NCBI RefSeq assembly: GCF_018350175.1 | Contig: NC_058368.1 | Location: 163,744,001-163,808,000 of the forward strand | Direction of reading: 5' to 3' | Length of the DNA stretch: 64,000 nucleotides | Origin: Felis catus | Lineage: Eukaryota | In this document: one piece after another, positions 1 through 12,532 of the stretch | Layout of the letters: the number at the start of each line of letters is the position of its first letter | Numbering within the stretch: the first letter of the stretch is position 1 | Made by a program: the position numbers and the translations under genes | The notes under the pieces: model-generated | Database searches by the model: none | What the model saw: the letters and a program-made list of their open reading frames with translations, nothing else | Told to the model about the DNA's origin: nothing

Positions 1-196
1 TTATTTTTGAGAGAGAGAGAAAGGGAGTGAGCGAGCAGCGGAGGAGCAGGGAGACAGGGAGACACAGAATCTGAAGCAGGCTCCAGGCTCTGGGCTGTCA
101 GGGCAGAGCCCAACGTGGGGCACAAACCCATGAACTGTGAGATCATGACCTGAGCCAAAGTCGGATGCCCAACTGACTGAGCCACCCAGGTACCCT
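1..196 (-). mobile_element. CanSINE (felid type); tail runs off the window start
   Basis: tRNA-derived head (reverse complement ...cctgggtggctcagtcagtt), (CT)n region, A-rich tail. Confidence 0.92.
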
Positions 197-771
197 GAAA
201 ATTTGATGCTTGGAGCAGCTGTGAGCAAGAGTCAGAAGTCTTCTCAGGCTACATACCTTCATGGCTTTGTGGCAAAGTCAGCTGGCAACCGTCAGGGTAA
301 CTAAGCTTATTTTTATTTTTCAAACCCAGATTTCACTTTAGCCTCTGCATTATGATTTGTGCTAAGTGTTGATTACTGAAGAATTTAGAGAAAAGTTGTT
401 TCACTTCTCTTCTTCCCTAATTGATTGTTTGAAACTCACTGACAGGCTTGAACTAAACAAGCATCTGGCAAGACGTGGCTTCTAACTCCCACTCCACTGT
501 TGTCCACACACAGACCCTCTGTTCCTGTTCTTAGCTGAATGCTCATTTTCTGCCAAAGGTTATATAAATTCTTTGTGTCACTCCTAGATCTTGCTATTCC
601 TCATTTGAGCAATGATCTTATTTCTTATTAGTTTGAATAACCTCTAGCTCCTGGTTTCCAGGAAGTTTTCTGGTAAACTCCCTGAGCATCTTCTGACAAG
701 ATGTAGTACATACTAGTCACAGCATCCCAACATCCTCCTCCTAGAATTCCCAAGCGAGAAGGAGGTGTGGG

Positions 772-772
772 A

Positions 773-815
<43 letters not shown>
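772..815. repeat. (GA)n microsatellite
   Basis: About 20 GA units. Confidence 0.95.
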
Positions 816-819
<4 letters not shown>

Positions 820-3800
820 AATTAATTCTCTTCTGTATCAGCAGCAGCAAGTATTAGCAAGTGATTTCCAACCTCTCTTGCCTTTGTCAATGTGATCTTG
901 AGCAAGCTATGAAACAGCTCTGAACCCTGGGCTACTCATTTGTAAATGAGGGGACAGAAACAAAGTTTAATTCTCCCTGGGTGTTGCACTGGGAGGGCAC
1001 CCAACACAGTGGAAAATCTTCAGTTTATTTTATTCTCTTTTATGTCCTTGCTGAATAGGAAAATCAGTGCTGAAGTTTCAAAAATATGCATCCTGGAATT
1101 GATTAGAGCATATTTTTGACTGATGGGAAAGTTCACTTGACAAAATTGTTTTGAATCCTACATCAAATCTGATGCTATTAAGTTGTTAATTTTGACAATA
1201 GAATTCTTTCTATATTTTAATTAAAACAAATGTTCTGAAAAGGTTGAAAGAACTTCTTGAAGAATTTCTTGTAATAATAATAGAAAATAAAGTACTGAAT
1301 AAAATATCACAAAATATATCATTGGCTGAGTAGGATTAGTATACTTTTCAGCTCACTTACGTTATTTAGAAAACAAAGTGAGAAATGATAGTGGGCCAAC
1401 AGTGTCTATAAAAGCAGACTTAAGATAATAATCTGATTGGAAGAAAGGGCTAGAGTTGGTTTTTGAAGTTACATTTGCATGGGAAGCCCAGTGGTTTTAA
1501 CCCATGCTTATCAGGGATGACTTTGATTATGATGAAGGTATGTGGCTTCCCTTAAAGCTGCATTTGCATAGCAAGCCAATGTCATTAACTACTGGTATGC
1601 CTATTGGGAGCTTTAAGTGTATTGATAGAGGCAGTTGTGGGTCTGCAATTCCTTTTTGCCACCAGTGTAGATAAATTCTGCCCAAGATATATTTAGGGCT
1701 TCTGTTTTAAGTTTAATTTGTTTCAAACATAGTGTTAAGATTAGACATGTGAAGAATTCCAATGTTGCCAATTTCACTCACCACTAATTCCTAGACTTGG
1801 AATGATTTTTCTCTTTGCAGAAACAAGGTGTTTGAAAAAGTACTTGAGAATTGCAAATGTGTTATCAGAGTTGTGCACGTGCTGTGATTTCTTTCCTAAG
1901 ACACGATGTGTTTTCAGGATCTGTGATGTTTGCTCACTTTAAGCTTGGATGCTTAAATAAGGATTTTCTAACTCTGTGGTGAAGAGACAGTCCAATTATA
2001 GTATTTTCCATATTTTATGAAATGTAGTGTTGGCATTTCAAAAGGGCAATAATGTTCATCAGGGAATAAGGTTAAGCCTTGCCTTTAGATGAAAAAGCTA
2101 TGTGATTTGATTTGAGGTCACTCTGTCCCCAAAACCTCTTAACCTGGTTACTCACAGTGCTTGAAACCCTAAGATATTTCACATCTTTGGGTAAAATCAC
2201 AAAAATGAAAACGTAATCCAGAGATGTTACAATGTCTACATTAATTTTTGCAAATTCAGCTTTATAAGTCTTGTCTATATGTGCTTATCTTGGGAACCAC
2301 ATCTACTTTTAACTTTATGGATCAAACAACCAAGCTTTGTATAGATAGGAATGGCCTACAGCACAGATTATCCTCTGGTACTTGTAATATGGCTCTCAAT
2401 TTTACTTATTTAGTCATCCAATAATATGAATCAAGCAATATTGTCTGTAAAAGTGGAAGATCTAAATACCAACACTTGAGTATAACTTGTATTTTTACCC
2501 TAAAAATCAGCTGTTAAACTTTTGTTGATCACTACTTCTCTTGATCTCTGTGTAAATATAGTTATTCACTAAGGGCCTTAGTTTTTAGGGTAAGAAACCT
2601 TCTGAGACCTTTACACCGAAGGAGGTGGGAGTAGTTCAGAGGCTGAAGTTGACGGGGTTCCCCCACAACTTACAGAGGAAGCAATGCACAGAGAATGGGA
2701 AGTAACTAGGAAAGAGAAGAGCAGTTTACCAGGCATTTGCTGTGGCCTAGGGATTGTGTTTAGCGCTTTGTTTTTCATTATTTTGTTAATGGTGGAGCGT
2801 TTGTGGTATATGTTCTCCCCCATGTTCTCTGAGGCTGTCACATCTTAGATCATTTATGTCCTTGTAGATCTTTCTCAGGTTGAGAGTCAGACATTAGATT
2901 CATTATGACACTTTCTTTGGGTTTCCATGAAAGCAAAGCCCAAGTCAAGGACTTGGGTGCAGGTAGTTTATTTGGGAGGTCATCTCAGGAAACAGACAGT
3001 GAAGGAGTGAGGGGGAGAAAGCCAACATAAAGACTGAAAGCATTGCCATAGGCAACAGGGGCTTGATTCTGCTGAGACTTGATGAGACTCGTGCAGAATG
3101 CCTCTGAGACTTGTCTCCCTGAGGGTGGGAGGCTAGGGCATGCATCCACTGGTTCTCACACCTCATTGGTTGAGGACATCCCCAGGGTATTAACTCCCCT
3201 GCACTTCGGACTGGAATGTGCCTATGCTTGGGCTGGATGGGCACCTTCCATGTCAGAGAAGGCCCTGAGCAGACAGCAGAAAGACATGCAGATGATGTTG
3301 GATGTGGAATGCAGTGAGAGGGTTTAGTCTGAGGTTTTCACATACTGTCCACTGCAGCTGTCCTAAAATCAGAAGGGACTGTGATGCAGGGTACCTAAGG
3401 AGTAAGCTATAATGCTTTCTCTGGTTCATTCATCACTCTTCTGTCCATCTAGCCATCTTCAAAGCAATATCCATACATCTCTTTAACTGAACGCACTTAT
3501 GTAGCACCCATTCTATCCCAGCCCATGGGCTAAGCCCTAGGTACATAATAGGAACACAAGGCACCATCCTTATGCTTAGGGAGCTTATATTTTATTGAGG
3601 AAATAAGAGTTATAAAAATTAGCAGGAGTCAATAAAAGATTCTATAAAAATGACAAGCATGGACACTTAGTCTTGGAAGATACTTCTTGCTATAAGATGC
3701 AAAATTGAAGGTGGTTCAGAAATCCTAGGGGGTAGCCAGTTAGACTTCATTGTGACTGGCTTTGTGGTGCTCAATAAAAGTTAGCTGAATTGGTCAGGAT

Positions 3801-6800
3801 TATAACACTTTTACCTGTTAAAATTTAGTCTTCAGCAGTTTCTACCAAATTACTTAGTACATGTTAGAAGTAATCTTCTGCCACACTATGAATATTTGGC
3901 AGAAAAATTATTGGTTGATTAAGATAACATTTTCCATTCTTTGGCCATCTTTTCTCAACTGCCATTTTATTTTGTGGCTCTACACACACCTTTGCAGAAA
4001 AACCAAAAACAATGTAAGATTACTTGAGTATTGCCTATTGTTGAAGTTTTAGGCAACTGTGAAATAAGTAAATGCCAAAGAAAAAACCCTTCAAGGAGGC
4101 AGGGATTAATTAGGGGCTGCAAGCTGTTTGCGATTAACAAGGTTCAATAGGTTTCTTGCTGTGTGAGTGGATTTCCTAGGTTTTCCTGGGTTGGGGTTTG
4201 CACAAGAAACAATTTTGGCTGCTGATGTCATGTTCCAGAATGCTCAGGTGTGCTCTCCTACAGTGCAGTCTCAAATGGAGCCTGTTTAGCATCGCTTGCT
4301 GCTGAGAGCAGTTTAAACTTGCATCTGAGGTGTCACTTTCTGCCTACTGTGGGAAATTCTTCCCAAATGGTCCTTGGCTGGCATCTTGCCCCAGCTAAAA
4401 TCAATGCAGTATAGTCCTTTGAATCTGGGCATGGGGCCAGCATAGCAGGAGCATAATCCTCATGCGGCAGAGAAAGATGGGCATGAGGGGGCTGTACAAC
4501 ATTATCTCTGTCTCACAAACTCTCAAATGGCAGGATTATGCTAAAGAATGGACATTCATGCTAGTGATCTTCCCTCCTGTCTTCATATGGAGAGAAGATT
4601 CCCTGGATATATGGGAGAAATTCATTTATCTTTTTAGCGGGTATGGTAGGGAACAAGACAAGAAAGGTCCCTGCTTTCATGGAGATTACATTCTTATGGG
4701 GGTAGACATGAAAGAAACAATAAAATAAAGAAGCAAGAAAATGACCAGATAGGCACTATTGAGAGAAATAGTGTAGGGTGATGTAATAGGGAGTTCCTTA
4801 GTGGCTTTTCTGAAGGTTGGCAGGTGTGGAAGGTTGGATCCAATTAGTGGAGCTATAGAACAATTGTGGGTGAAAGTCTGGGTGACAATGGATGGCCTGC
4901 ATTGGTGACAATGATAGGACAATGTGATAGGAGAAAGTTGAGTAATTACCTTACTCTGGATGGAATTTTCAACAGGGTCTGAAGAGCAAAAGGAACAAGC
5001 AAAAGTCGCTTTAGGATTGGGAACACACGCCTCTGAGTGGCACCAAAGTCCTGTGCAACTGCAAGTAGAAGAGGCAGTCCTGCTTGCTGTTAGGAGGCCA
5101 GGGTGAATTTTCTTCCCACAAGGGGTACATTATTGTGTAGGCTGGGACACAAGGTGTAGATGCTGGCTCTCATGGGGGAACAGGGCAACAGAACTGAGAG
5201 GCTCTCTAATTTCAGGCGTATGAACTCCCTTTACACAGTCTGTCATCATCATCTCCTCAAGGGATCTATTCTCAGAGCACCTGCTGCATCTATGGCTTTA
5301 TCCCTGAGGGAGGATTCATGAGCCAAGACATGCATGATTTTTCCATTCTATATATATACCTGCTAGGAACTGGAAACTGGTAAGCCAAGTTTCTGTCTCT
5401 TTCCATGGTAGGGCAGGATGCAAAATGTGCATGTTGTTATTAAAAAATACTTTGTTAATATCTTAAAATTTTCCTTTTTGCATATTTCTTTTCAAATGGC
5501 CACTCCTTTGGCCCTTCTTACCATCCTGTCTAAAGTAAAAAACCCACCTCCATCCTACCCATTCATTCTCTTTTCTTTATTATTTTTTTTTGCTTTTATT
5601 TTTTCAGGGTTTGCCTTTTAAATTTTACACTGACTTTTTGAATTTGATACTTAACTCATTAATTTTCAATTTTCTTTTAATATTTGAATTTAAGGTTGGT
5701 TGTGAATTCCTCTCAAATGACATCAGCTGTATCCCACTAGTTCTGAAATACAGTGCTTTTTTAGAAATTGCTGTTCAATTCTAAATTATTTTCAAAATTC
5801 CATTACAATTCAATTTTTGAACCACAGATTATTTAACATTTGTTAAATTCTGTAACTTTTTAAAAAATATTTTCAAATGTACAGGATTTGGGGGTGATTT
5901 TGTTGTTGATGTCTAGTTTTGTATGATTGGGAAATGAGGTCTGTGATTTATGTCAGTGCTTTGCTGTTGAGTTTTGCTCAATGATATTAAATTTGATTAA
6001 TTTTTGTAAATGTTCCATGCATAGTTAAAAGAATATATTTTCCCTAACATTGCTAGATTATATATATATATAGTATATATATATATATTTTAGATTACTC
6101 TTGTTAATTGTGATATTCAAATATTGTATATTCTAAATAACTTTTATTCACTTGATTTCTAAGTTTCTAAGGGAGGTATAGCAAATAATCTCATTATAAT
6201 TATGTATTTCTTAATTTATTTTGGAAATTTTTTCTCATATTTTTGTTTATGAATTTTCAAGCTGTGTTGTTAGGTGCTTAGAGGTTCAGCATTATTATAT
6301 TTCCAGTAAATTTCATTTATCATTATGAAATGCTTCTCCTTTTCCCTGTAACACTTCTTTGAAAAAACCTTAAAACTCTTTTTCTGATCTTAAAAGTGTG
6401 ACCTCACTTTTATGAAATCTATTCTTAGAAAATCTTTCTACACAACTTTAGTTTCTATTTGAGGGGAACTTAAAGTTAGGTATTTCTCTTGTTATCATAT
6501 ATAGCTTGATTTTTAATAAGCTCATGCATTTTTAATTTTATCATATATATGATATATAATTTTATCATATATATCATATGTAGCTTTATTCTTTTTTATT
6601 TATTTATTTATTTATTTTTAATATAAAATTTATTGACAAATTGGTTTCCATACAACACCCAGTGCTCATCCCAAAAGGTGCCCTCCTCAATACCCATCAC
6701 TCACCCTCTCCTCCCTCCCACCCCCCATCAACCCTCAGTTTGTTCTCAGTTTTTAACAGTCTCTTATGCTTTGGCTCTCTCCCACTCTAACCTCTTTTTT

Positions 6801-6840
6801 TTTTTTCCTTCCCCTCCCCCATGGGTTCCTGTTAAGTTTC

Positions 6841-9800
6841 TCAGGATCCACATAAGAGTGAAACCATATGGTATCTGTCTTTCTCTGTATGGCTTATTTC
6901 ACTTAGCATCACACTCTCCAGTTCTATCCACGTTGCTACAAAAGGCCATATTTCATTTTTTCTCATTGCCACGTAGAATTCCATTGTGTATATAAACCAC
7001 AATTTCTTTATCCATTCATCAGTTGATGGACATTTAGGCTCTTTCCATAATTTGGCTATTGTTGAGAGTGCTGCTATAAACATTGGGGTACAAGTGGCCC
7101 TATGCATCAGTACTCCTGTATCCCTTGGATAAATTCCTAGCAGTGCTATTGCTGGGTCATAGGGTAGGTCTATTTTTAATTTTCTGAGGAACCTCCACAC
7201 TGCTTTCCAGAGCGGCTGCACCAATTTGCATTCCCACCAACAGTGCAAGAGGGTTCCCGTTTCTCCACATCCTCTCCAGCATCTAGAGTCTCCTGATTTG
7301 TTCATTTTGGCCACTCTGACTGGCGTGAGGTGATACCTGAGTGTGGTTTTGATTTGTATTTCCCTAATAAGGAGCGACGCTGAACATCTTTTCATGTGCC
7401 TGTTGGCCATCCGGATGTCTTCTTTAGAGAAGTGTCTATTCATGTTTTCTGCCCATTTCTTCACTGGGTTATTTGATTTTCGGGTGTGGAGTTTGGTGAG
7501 CTCTTTATAGATTTTGGATACTAGCCCTTTGTCCGATATGTCATTTGCAAATATCTTTTCCCATTCCGTTGGTTGCCTTTTAGTTTTGTTGGTTGTTTCC
7601 TTTGCTGTGCAGAAGCTTTTTATCTTCATAAGGTCCCAGTAATTCACTTTTGCTTTTAATTCCCTTGCCTTTGGGGATGTGTCGAGTAAGAGATTGCTAC
7701 GGCTGAGGTCAGAGAGGTCTTTTCCTGCTTTCTCCTCCAAGGTTTTGATGGTTTCCTGTCTCACATTTAGGTCCTTTATCCATTTTGAGTTTATTTTTGT
7801 GAATGGTGTGAGGAAGTGGTCTAGTTTCAACCTTCTGCATGTTGCTGTCCAGTTCTCCTAGCACCATTTGTTAAAGAGGCTGTCTTTTTTCCATTAGATG
7901 TTCTTTCCTGCTTTGTCAAAGATGAGTTGGCCATACGTTTGTGGGTCTAGTTCTGGGGTTTCTATTCTATTCCATTGGTCTATGTGTCTGTTTTTGTGCC
8001 AATACCATGCTGTCTTGATGATGACAGCTTTGTAGTAGAGGCTAAAGTCTGGGATTGTGATGCCTCCTGCTTTGGTCTTCTTCTTCAAAATTCCTTTGGC
8101 TATTCGGGGCCTTTTGTGGTTCCATAGGAATTTTAGGATTGCTTGTTCTAGTTTCGAGAAGAATGCTGGTGCAATTTTGATTGGGATTGCATTGAATGTG
8201 TAGATTGCTTTGCGTAGTATTGACATTTTGACAATATTTATTTTTCCAATCCATGAGCAGGGAATGTCTTTCCATTTCTTTAAATCTTCTTCAATTTCCT
8301 TCATAAGCTTTCTATAGTTTTCAGCATACAGATCCTTTACATCTTTGGCTAGATTTATTCCTAGGTATTTTATGCTTCTTGGTGCAATTGTGAATGGGAT
8401 CAGTTTCTTTATTTGTCTTTCTGTTGATTCATTGTTAGTGTATAAGAATGCAACTGATTTCTGTACATTTTTTTTGTATCCTGCAACTTTGCTGAATTCC
8501 TGTATCAGTTCTAGCAGACTTTTGGTGGAGTCTATCGGATTTTCCATGTATAATATCATGTCATCTGCAAAAAGCGAAAGCTTGACTTCATCTTTGCCAA
8601 TTTGGATGCCTTTGATTTCCTTTTGTTGTCTGATTGCTGATGCTAGAACTTCCAGCACTATGTTAAACAGCAGCGGTGAGAGTGGGCATCCTTGTCGTGT
8701 TCCTGATCTCAGGGAAAAAGCTCTCAGTTTTTCCCCGTTGAGGATGATGTTAGCTGTGGGCTTTTCATAAATGGCTTTTATGATCTTTAAGTATGTTCCT
8801 TCTATCCCGACTTTCTCAAGGGGTTTTATTAAGAAAGGGTGCTGGATTTTGTCAAAGGCCTTTTCTGCATCGATTGACAGGATCATATGGTTCTTCTCTT
8901 TTTTTTTGTTAATGTGATGTATCACGTTGATTGATTTGCGAATGTTGAACCAGCCCTGCATCCCAGGAATGAATCCCACTTGATCATGGTGAATAATTCT
9001 TTTTATATGCCGTTGAATTCGATTTGCTAGTATCTTATTGAGAATTTTTGCATCCATATTCATCAGGGATATTGGCCTGTAGTTCTCTTTTTTTACTGGG
9101 TCTCTGTCTGGTTTAGGAATCAAAGTAATACTGGCTTCATAGAATGAGTCTGGAAGTTTTCCTTCCCTTTCTATTTCTTGGAATAGCTTGAGAAGGATAG
9201 GTATTATCTCTGCTTTAAACGTCTGGTAGAACTCCCCTGGGAAGCCATCTGGTCCTGGACTCTTATTTGTTGGGAGATTTTTGATAACCGATTCAATTTC
9301 TTCGCTGGTTATGGGTCTGTTCAAGCTTTCTATTTCCTCCTGATTGAGTTTTGGAAGAGTGTGGGTGTTCAGGAATTTGTCCATTTCTTCCAGGTTGTCC
9401 AATTTGTTGGCATATAATTTTTCATAGTATTCCCTGATAATTGTTTGTATCTCTGAGGGATTGGTTGTAATCATTCCATTTTCATTCATGATTTTATCTA
9501 TTTGGGTCATCTCCCTTTTCTTTTTGAGAAGCCTGGCTAGAGGTTTGTCAATTTTGTTTATTTTTTCAAAAAACCAACTCTTGGTTTCGTTGATCTGCTC
9601 TACAGTTTTTTTAGATTCTATATTGTTTATTTCTGCTCTGATCTTTATTATTTCTCTTCTTCTGCTAGGTTTAGGCTGCCTTTGCTGTTCTGCTTCTAGT
9701 TCCTTAAGGTGTGCTGTTAGATTTTGTATTTGGGATTTTTCTTGTTTCTTGAGATAGGCCTGGATTGCAATGTATTTTCCTCTCAGGACTGCCTTCGCTG

Positions 9801-10665
9801 CATCCCAAAGTGTTTGGATTGTTGTATTTTCATTTTCGTTTGTTTCCATATATTTTTTAATTTCTTCTCTAATTGCCTGGTTGACCCACTCATTCGTTAG
9901 TAGGGTCTTCTTTTACCTCCATGCTTTTGGAGGTTTTCCAGACTTTTTTCTGTGGTTGATTTCAAGCTTCATAGCATTGTGGTCTGAAAGTATGCATGGT
10001 ATAATTTCAATTCTTGTAAACTTATGAAGGGCTGTTTTGTGACCCAGTATATGATCTATCTTGGAGAATGTTCCATGTGCACTCGAGAAGAAAGTATATT
10101 CTGTTGCTTTGGGATGTAGAGTTCTAAATATATCTGTCAAGTCCATCTGATCCAATGTCTCATTCAGGGCCCTTGTTTCTTTATTGACCGTGTGTCTAGA
10201 TGATCTATCCATTTCTGTAAGTGGGGTGTTAAAGTCCCCTGCAATTACCACATTCTTATCAATAAGGTTGCTTATGTTTATGAGTAATTGTTTTATATAT
10301 TTGGGGGCTCCGGTATTCGGCGCATAGACATTTATAATTGTTAGCTCTTCCTGATGGATAGACCCTGTAACTATTATATAATGTCCTTCTTCATCTCTTG
10401 TTACAGCCTTTAATTTAAAGTCTAGTTTGTCTGATATAAGTATGGCTACTCCAGCTTTCTTTTGGCTTCCAGTCACATGATAAATAGTTCTCCATCCCCT
10501 CACTCTCAATCTAAAGGTGTCCTCAGGTCTAAAATGAGTCTCTTGTAGACAGCAAATAGATGGGTCTTGTTTTTTTATCCATTCTGATACCCTATGTCTT
10601 TTGGTTGGCGCATTTAATCCATTTACATTCAGTGTTATTATAGAAAGATACGGGTTTAGAGTCAT
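6841..10665 (-). pseudogene. L1 ORF2p (APE endonuclease, reverse transcriptase, Cys-rich domain), disrupted by three in-frame stops
   Basis: One frame of 1275 codons from MTLNPYLSIITLNVNGLN; motifs CLQETH, GDFN, SDH, QGCPLSP, FADD, CWRGC..HCWWEC; stops TAA 9913-9915, TAA 7894-7896, TAG 7858-7860. Confidence 0.95.
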
Positions 10666-10715
10666 TGTGATGTCTGTATGTTTTATGCTTGTAGTGATGT
10701 CTCTGGGACTTTGTC

Positions 10716-11600
10716 TCACAGGGTCCCCTCTTGTAGGGCTGGTTTAGTGGTGACACATTCCTTCAGTTTTTGTTTGTTTGGGAAGATCTTTATCTCTCCT
10801 TCTATTCTAAATGACAGACTTGCTGGATAAAGGATTCTTGGCTGCATATTTTTTCTGTCTAGCACCCTGAAAATCTCGTGCCAATTCTTTCTGGCCTGCC
10901 AAGTTTCAAAAGAGAGATCAGTCACGAGTCTTATAGGTCTCCCTTTATATGTGAGGGCACGTTTACCCCTTGCTGCTTTCAGAATTTTCTCTTTATCCTT
11001 GTATTTTGCCAGTTTCACTATGATATGTCGTGCAGAAGATCGATTCAAGTTACGTCTGAAGGGAGTTCTCTGTGCCTCTTGGATTTCAATGCCTTTTTCC
11101 TTCCCCAGTTCAGAGAAGTTCTCAGCTATTATTTCTTCAAGTACCCCTTCAGCACCTTTCCCTCTCTCTTCCTCCTCTGGGATACCAATTATGCGTATAT
11201 TATTTCTTTTTAGTGTATCACTTAGTTCTCTAATTTCCCCCTCATACTCCTGGATTTTTTTATCTCTCTTTTTCTCAGCTTCCTCTTTTTCCATAACTTT
11301 ATCTTCTAGTTCACCTATTCTCTCCTCTGCCTCTTCAAGCCAAGCTGTGGTGGTTTCCATTTTGTTATGCATTTCGTTTAAAGCGTTTTTCAGCTCCTCG
11401 TGACTGTTCCTTAGTCCCTTGATCTCTGTAGCAAGAGATTCTCTGCTGTCCTGTATACTGTTTTCAAGCCCAGCGATTAATTTTATGACTATTATTCTAA
11501 ATTCACTTTCTGTTATATTATTTAAATCCTTTTTGATCAGCTCATTAGCTGTTGTTATTTCCTGGAGATTCTTCTGAGGGGAATTCTTCCGCTTGGTCAT
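10716..11600 (-). CDS. L1 ORF1p (RNA-binding chaperone), 294 aa, open
   Basis: ATG at 11598-11600 (MTKRKNSPQK...); coiled-coil heptads; motifs RNNIRIIGIPE, ARHIIVK, YKGRPIRLVTDLS, YPASLSF. Confidence 0.9.
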   Translation of the reverse strand: MTKRKNSPQKNLQEITTANELIKKDLNNITESEFRIIVIKLIAGLENSIQDSRESLATEIKGLRNSHEELKNALNEMHNKMETTTAWLEEAEERIGELEDKVMEKEEAEKKRDKKIQEYEGEIRELSDTLKRNNIRIIGIPEEEERGKGAEGVLEEIIAENFSELGKEKGIEIQEAQRTPFRRNLNRSSARHIIVKLAKYKDKEKILKAARGKRALTYKGRPIRLVTDLSFETWQARKNWHEIFRVLDRKNMQPRILYPASLSFRIEGEIKIFPNKQKLKECVTTKPALQEGTL

Positions 11601-12532
11601 TTTGGATAGTCCCTGGAGTGGTGAGGACCTGCAAGGCACTTCCCCTGTGCTGTGGTGTATAACTGGAGTTGGTGGGCGGGGCCGCAGTCAGACCTGATGT
11701 CTGCCCCCAGCCCACCGCTGGGGCCACAGTCAGACTGGTGTGTGCCTTCTCTTCCCCTCTCCTAGGGGCGGGATTCACTGTGGGGTGGTGTGGCCCGTCT
11801 GGGCTACTTGCACACTGCCAGGCTTGTGATGCTGGGGATCTGGCGTATTAGCTGGGGTGGGTAGGCAAGGTGCACAGGGGCAGGAGGGGCAGGCTTAGAT
11901 CGCTTCTCCTTAGGTGATCCACTTCAGGAGGGGCCCTATGGCAGCGGGAGGGAGTCAGATCCGCTGCCGGAGGTTTGGCTCCGCAGAAGCACAGAGTTGG
12001 GTGTTTGTGCGGAGCGAGCAAGTTCCCTGGCAGGAACTGGTTCTCTTTGGGATTTTGGCTGGGGGATGGGCGGGGGAGATGGCGCTGGCGAGCGCCTTTG
12101 TTCCCCACCAAACTGAACTCTCTTGTCAGGGGGCTCAGCAGCTCTCCCTCCCTTTGTCCTCCAGCCTTCCCGCTTTCCGAGCAGAGCTGTTAACTTATGA
12201 CCTCCCAGACGCTAAGTCGCGCTTGTTGTGGGAACACAGTCCGTCAGGCCCCTCCGCTTTTGCAAGCCAGACTCGGGGGCTCTGCTTGGCCGGCGAGCTG
12301 CCCCTCCGCCCCGGCTCCCTCCCGCCAGTCCGTGGAGCGCGCACCGCCTCGCCGCCCTTCCTACCCTCTTCCGTGGGCCTCTCGTCTGCGTTTGGCTCCG
12401 GCAACTCCCTTCTGCTAATCCTCTGGCGGTTTTCTGGGTTATTTAGGCAGGTGTAGGTGGAATCTAAGTGATCAGCAGGACGTGCGGTGAGCCCAGCGTC
12501 CTCCTAAGCCGCCATCTTGCAAACCTCTCCTC
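11601..12532 (-). promoter_or_regulatory. L1 5'UTR internal promoter, CpG-rich, with YY1-type motif AAGATGGCGG near the 5' end
   Basis: High GC and CpG density at about 11950-12520; ccgccatctt on the + strand at about 12509-12518. Confidence 0.8.

Larger units (their letters stand above)
6592..12532 (-). mobile_element. Full-length felid LINE-1 (about 5.9 kb): 5'UTR, ORF1, ORF2, 3'UTR, A-rich tail
   Basis: GC-rich 5'UTR starting GAGGAGAGGTTTGCAAGATGGCGG; ORF1 and ORF2 homologues in the track; G-rich 3'UTR; (TAAA)n/poly(A) tail at about 6592-6635. Confidence 0.98.

Noticed and set aside
8345..11403. Plus-strand ORFs overlapping L1 ORF1 and ORF2
   Set aside because: Antisense shadows of L1 coding sequence.
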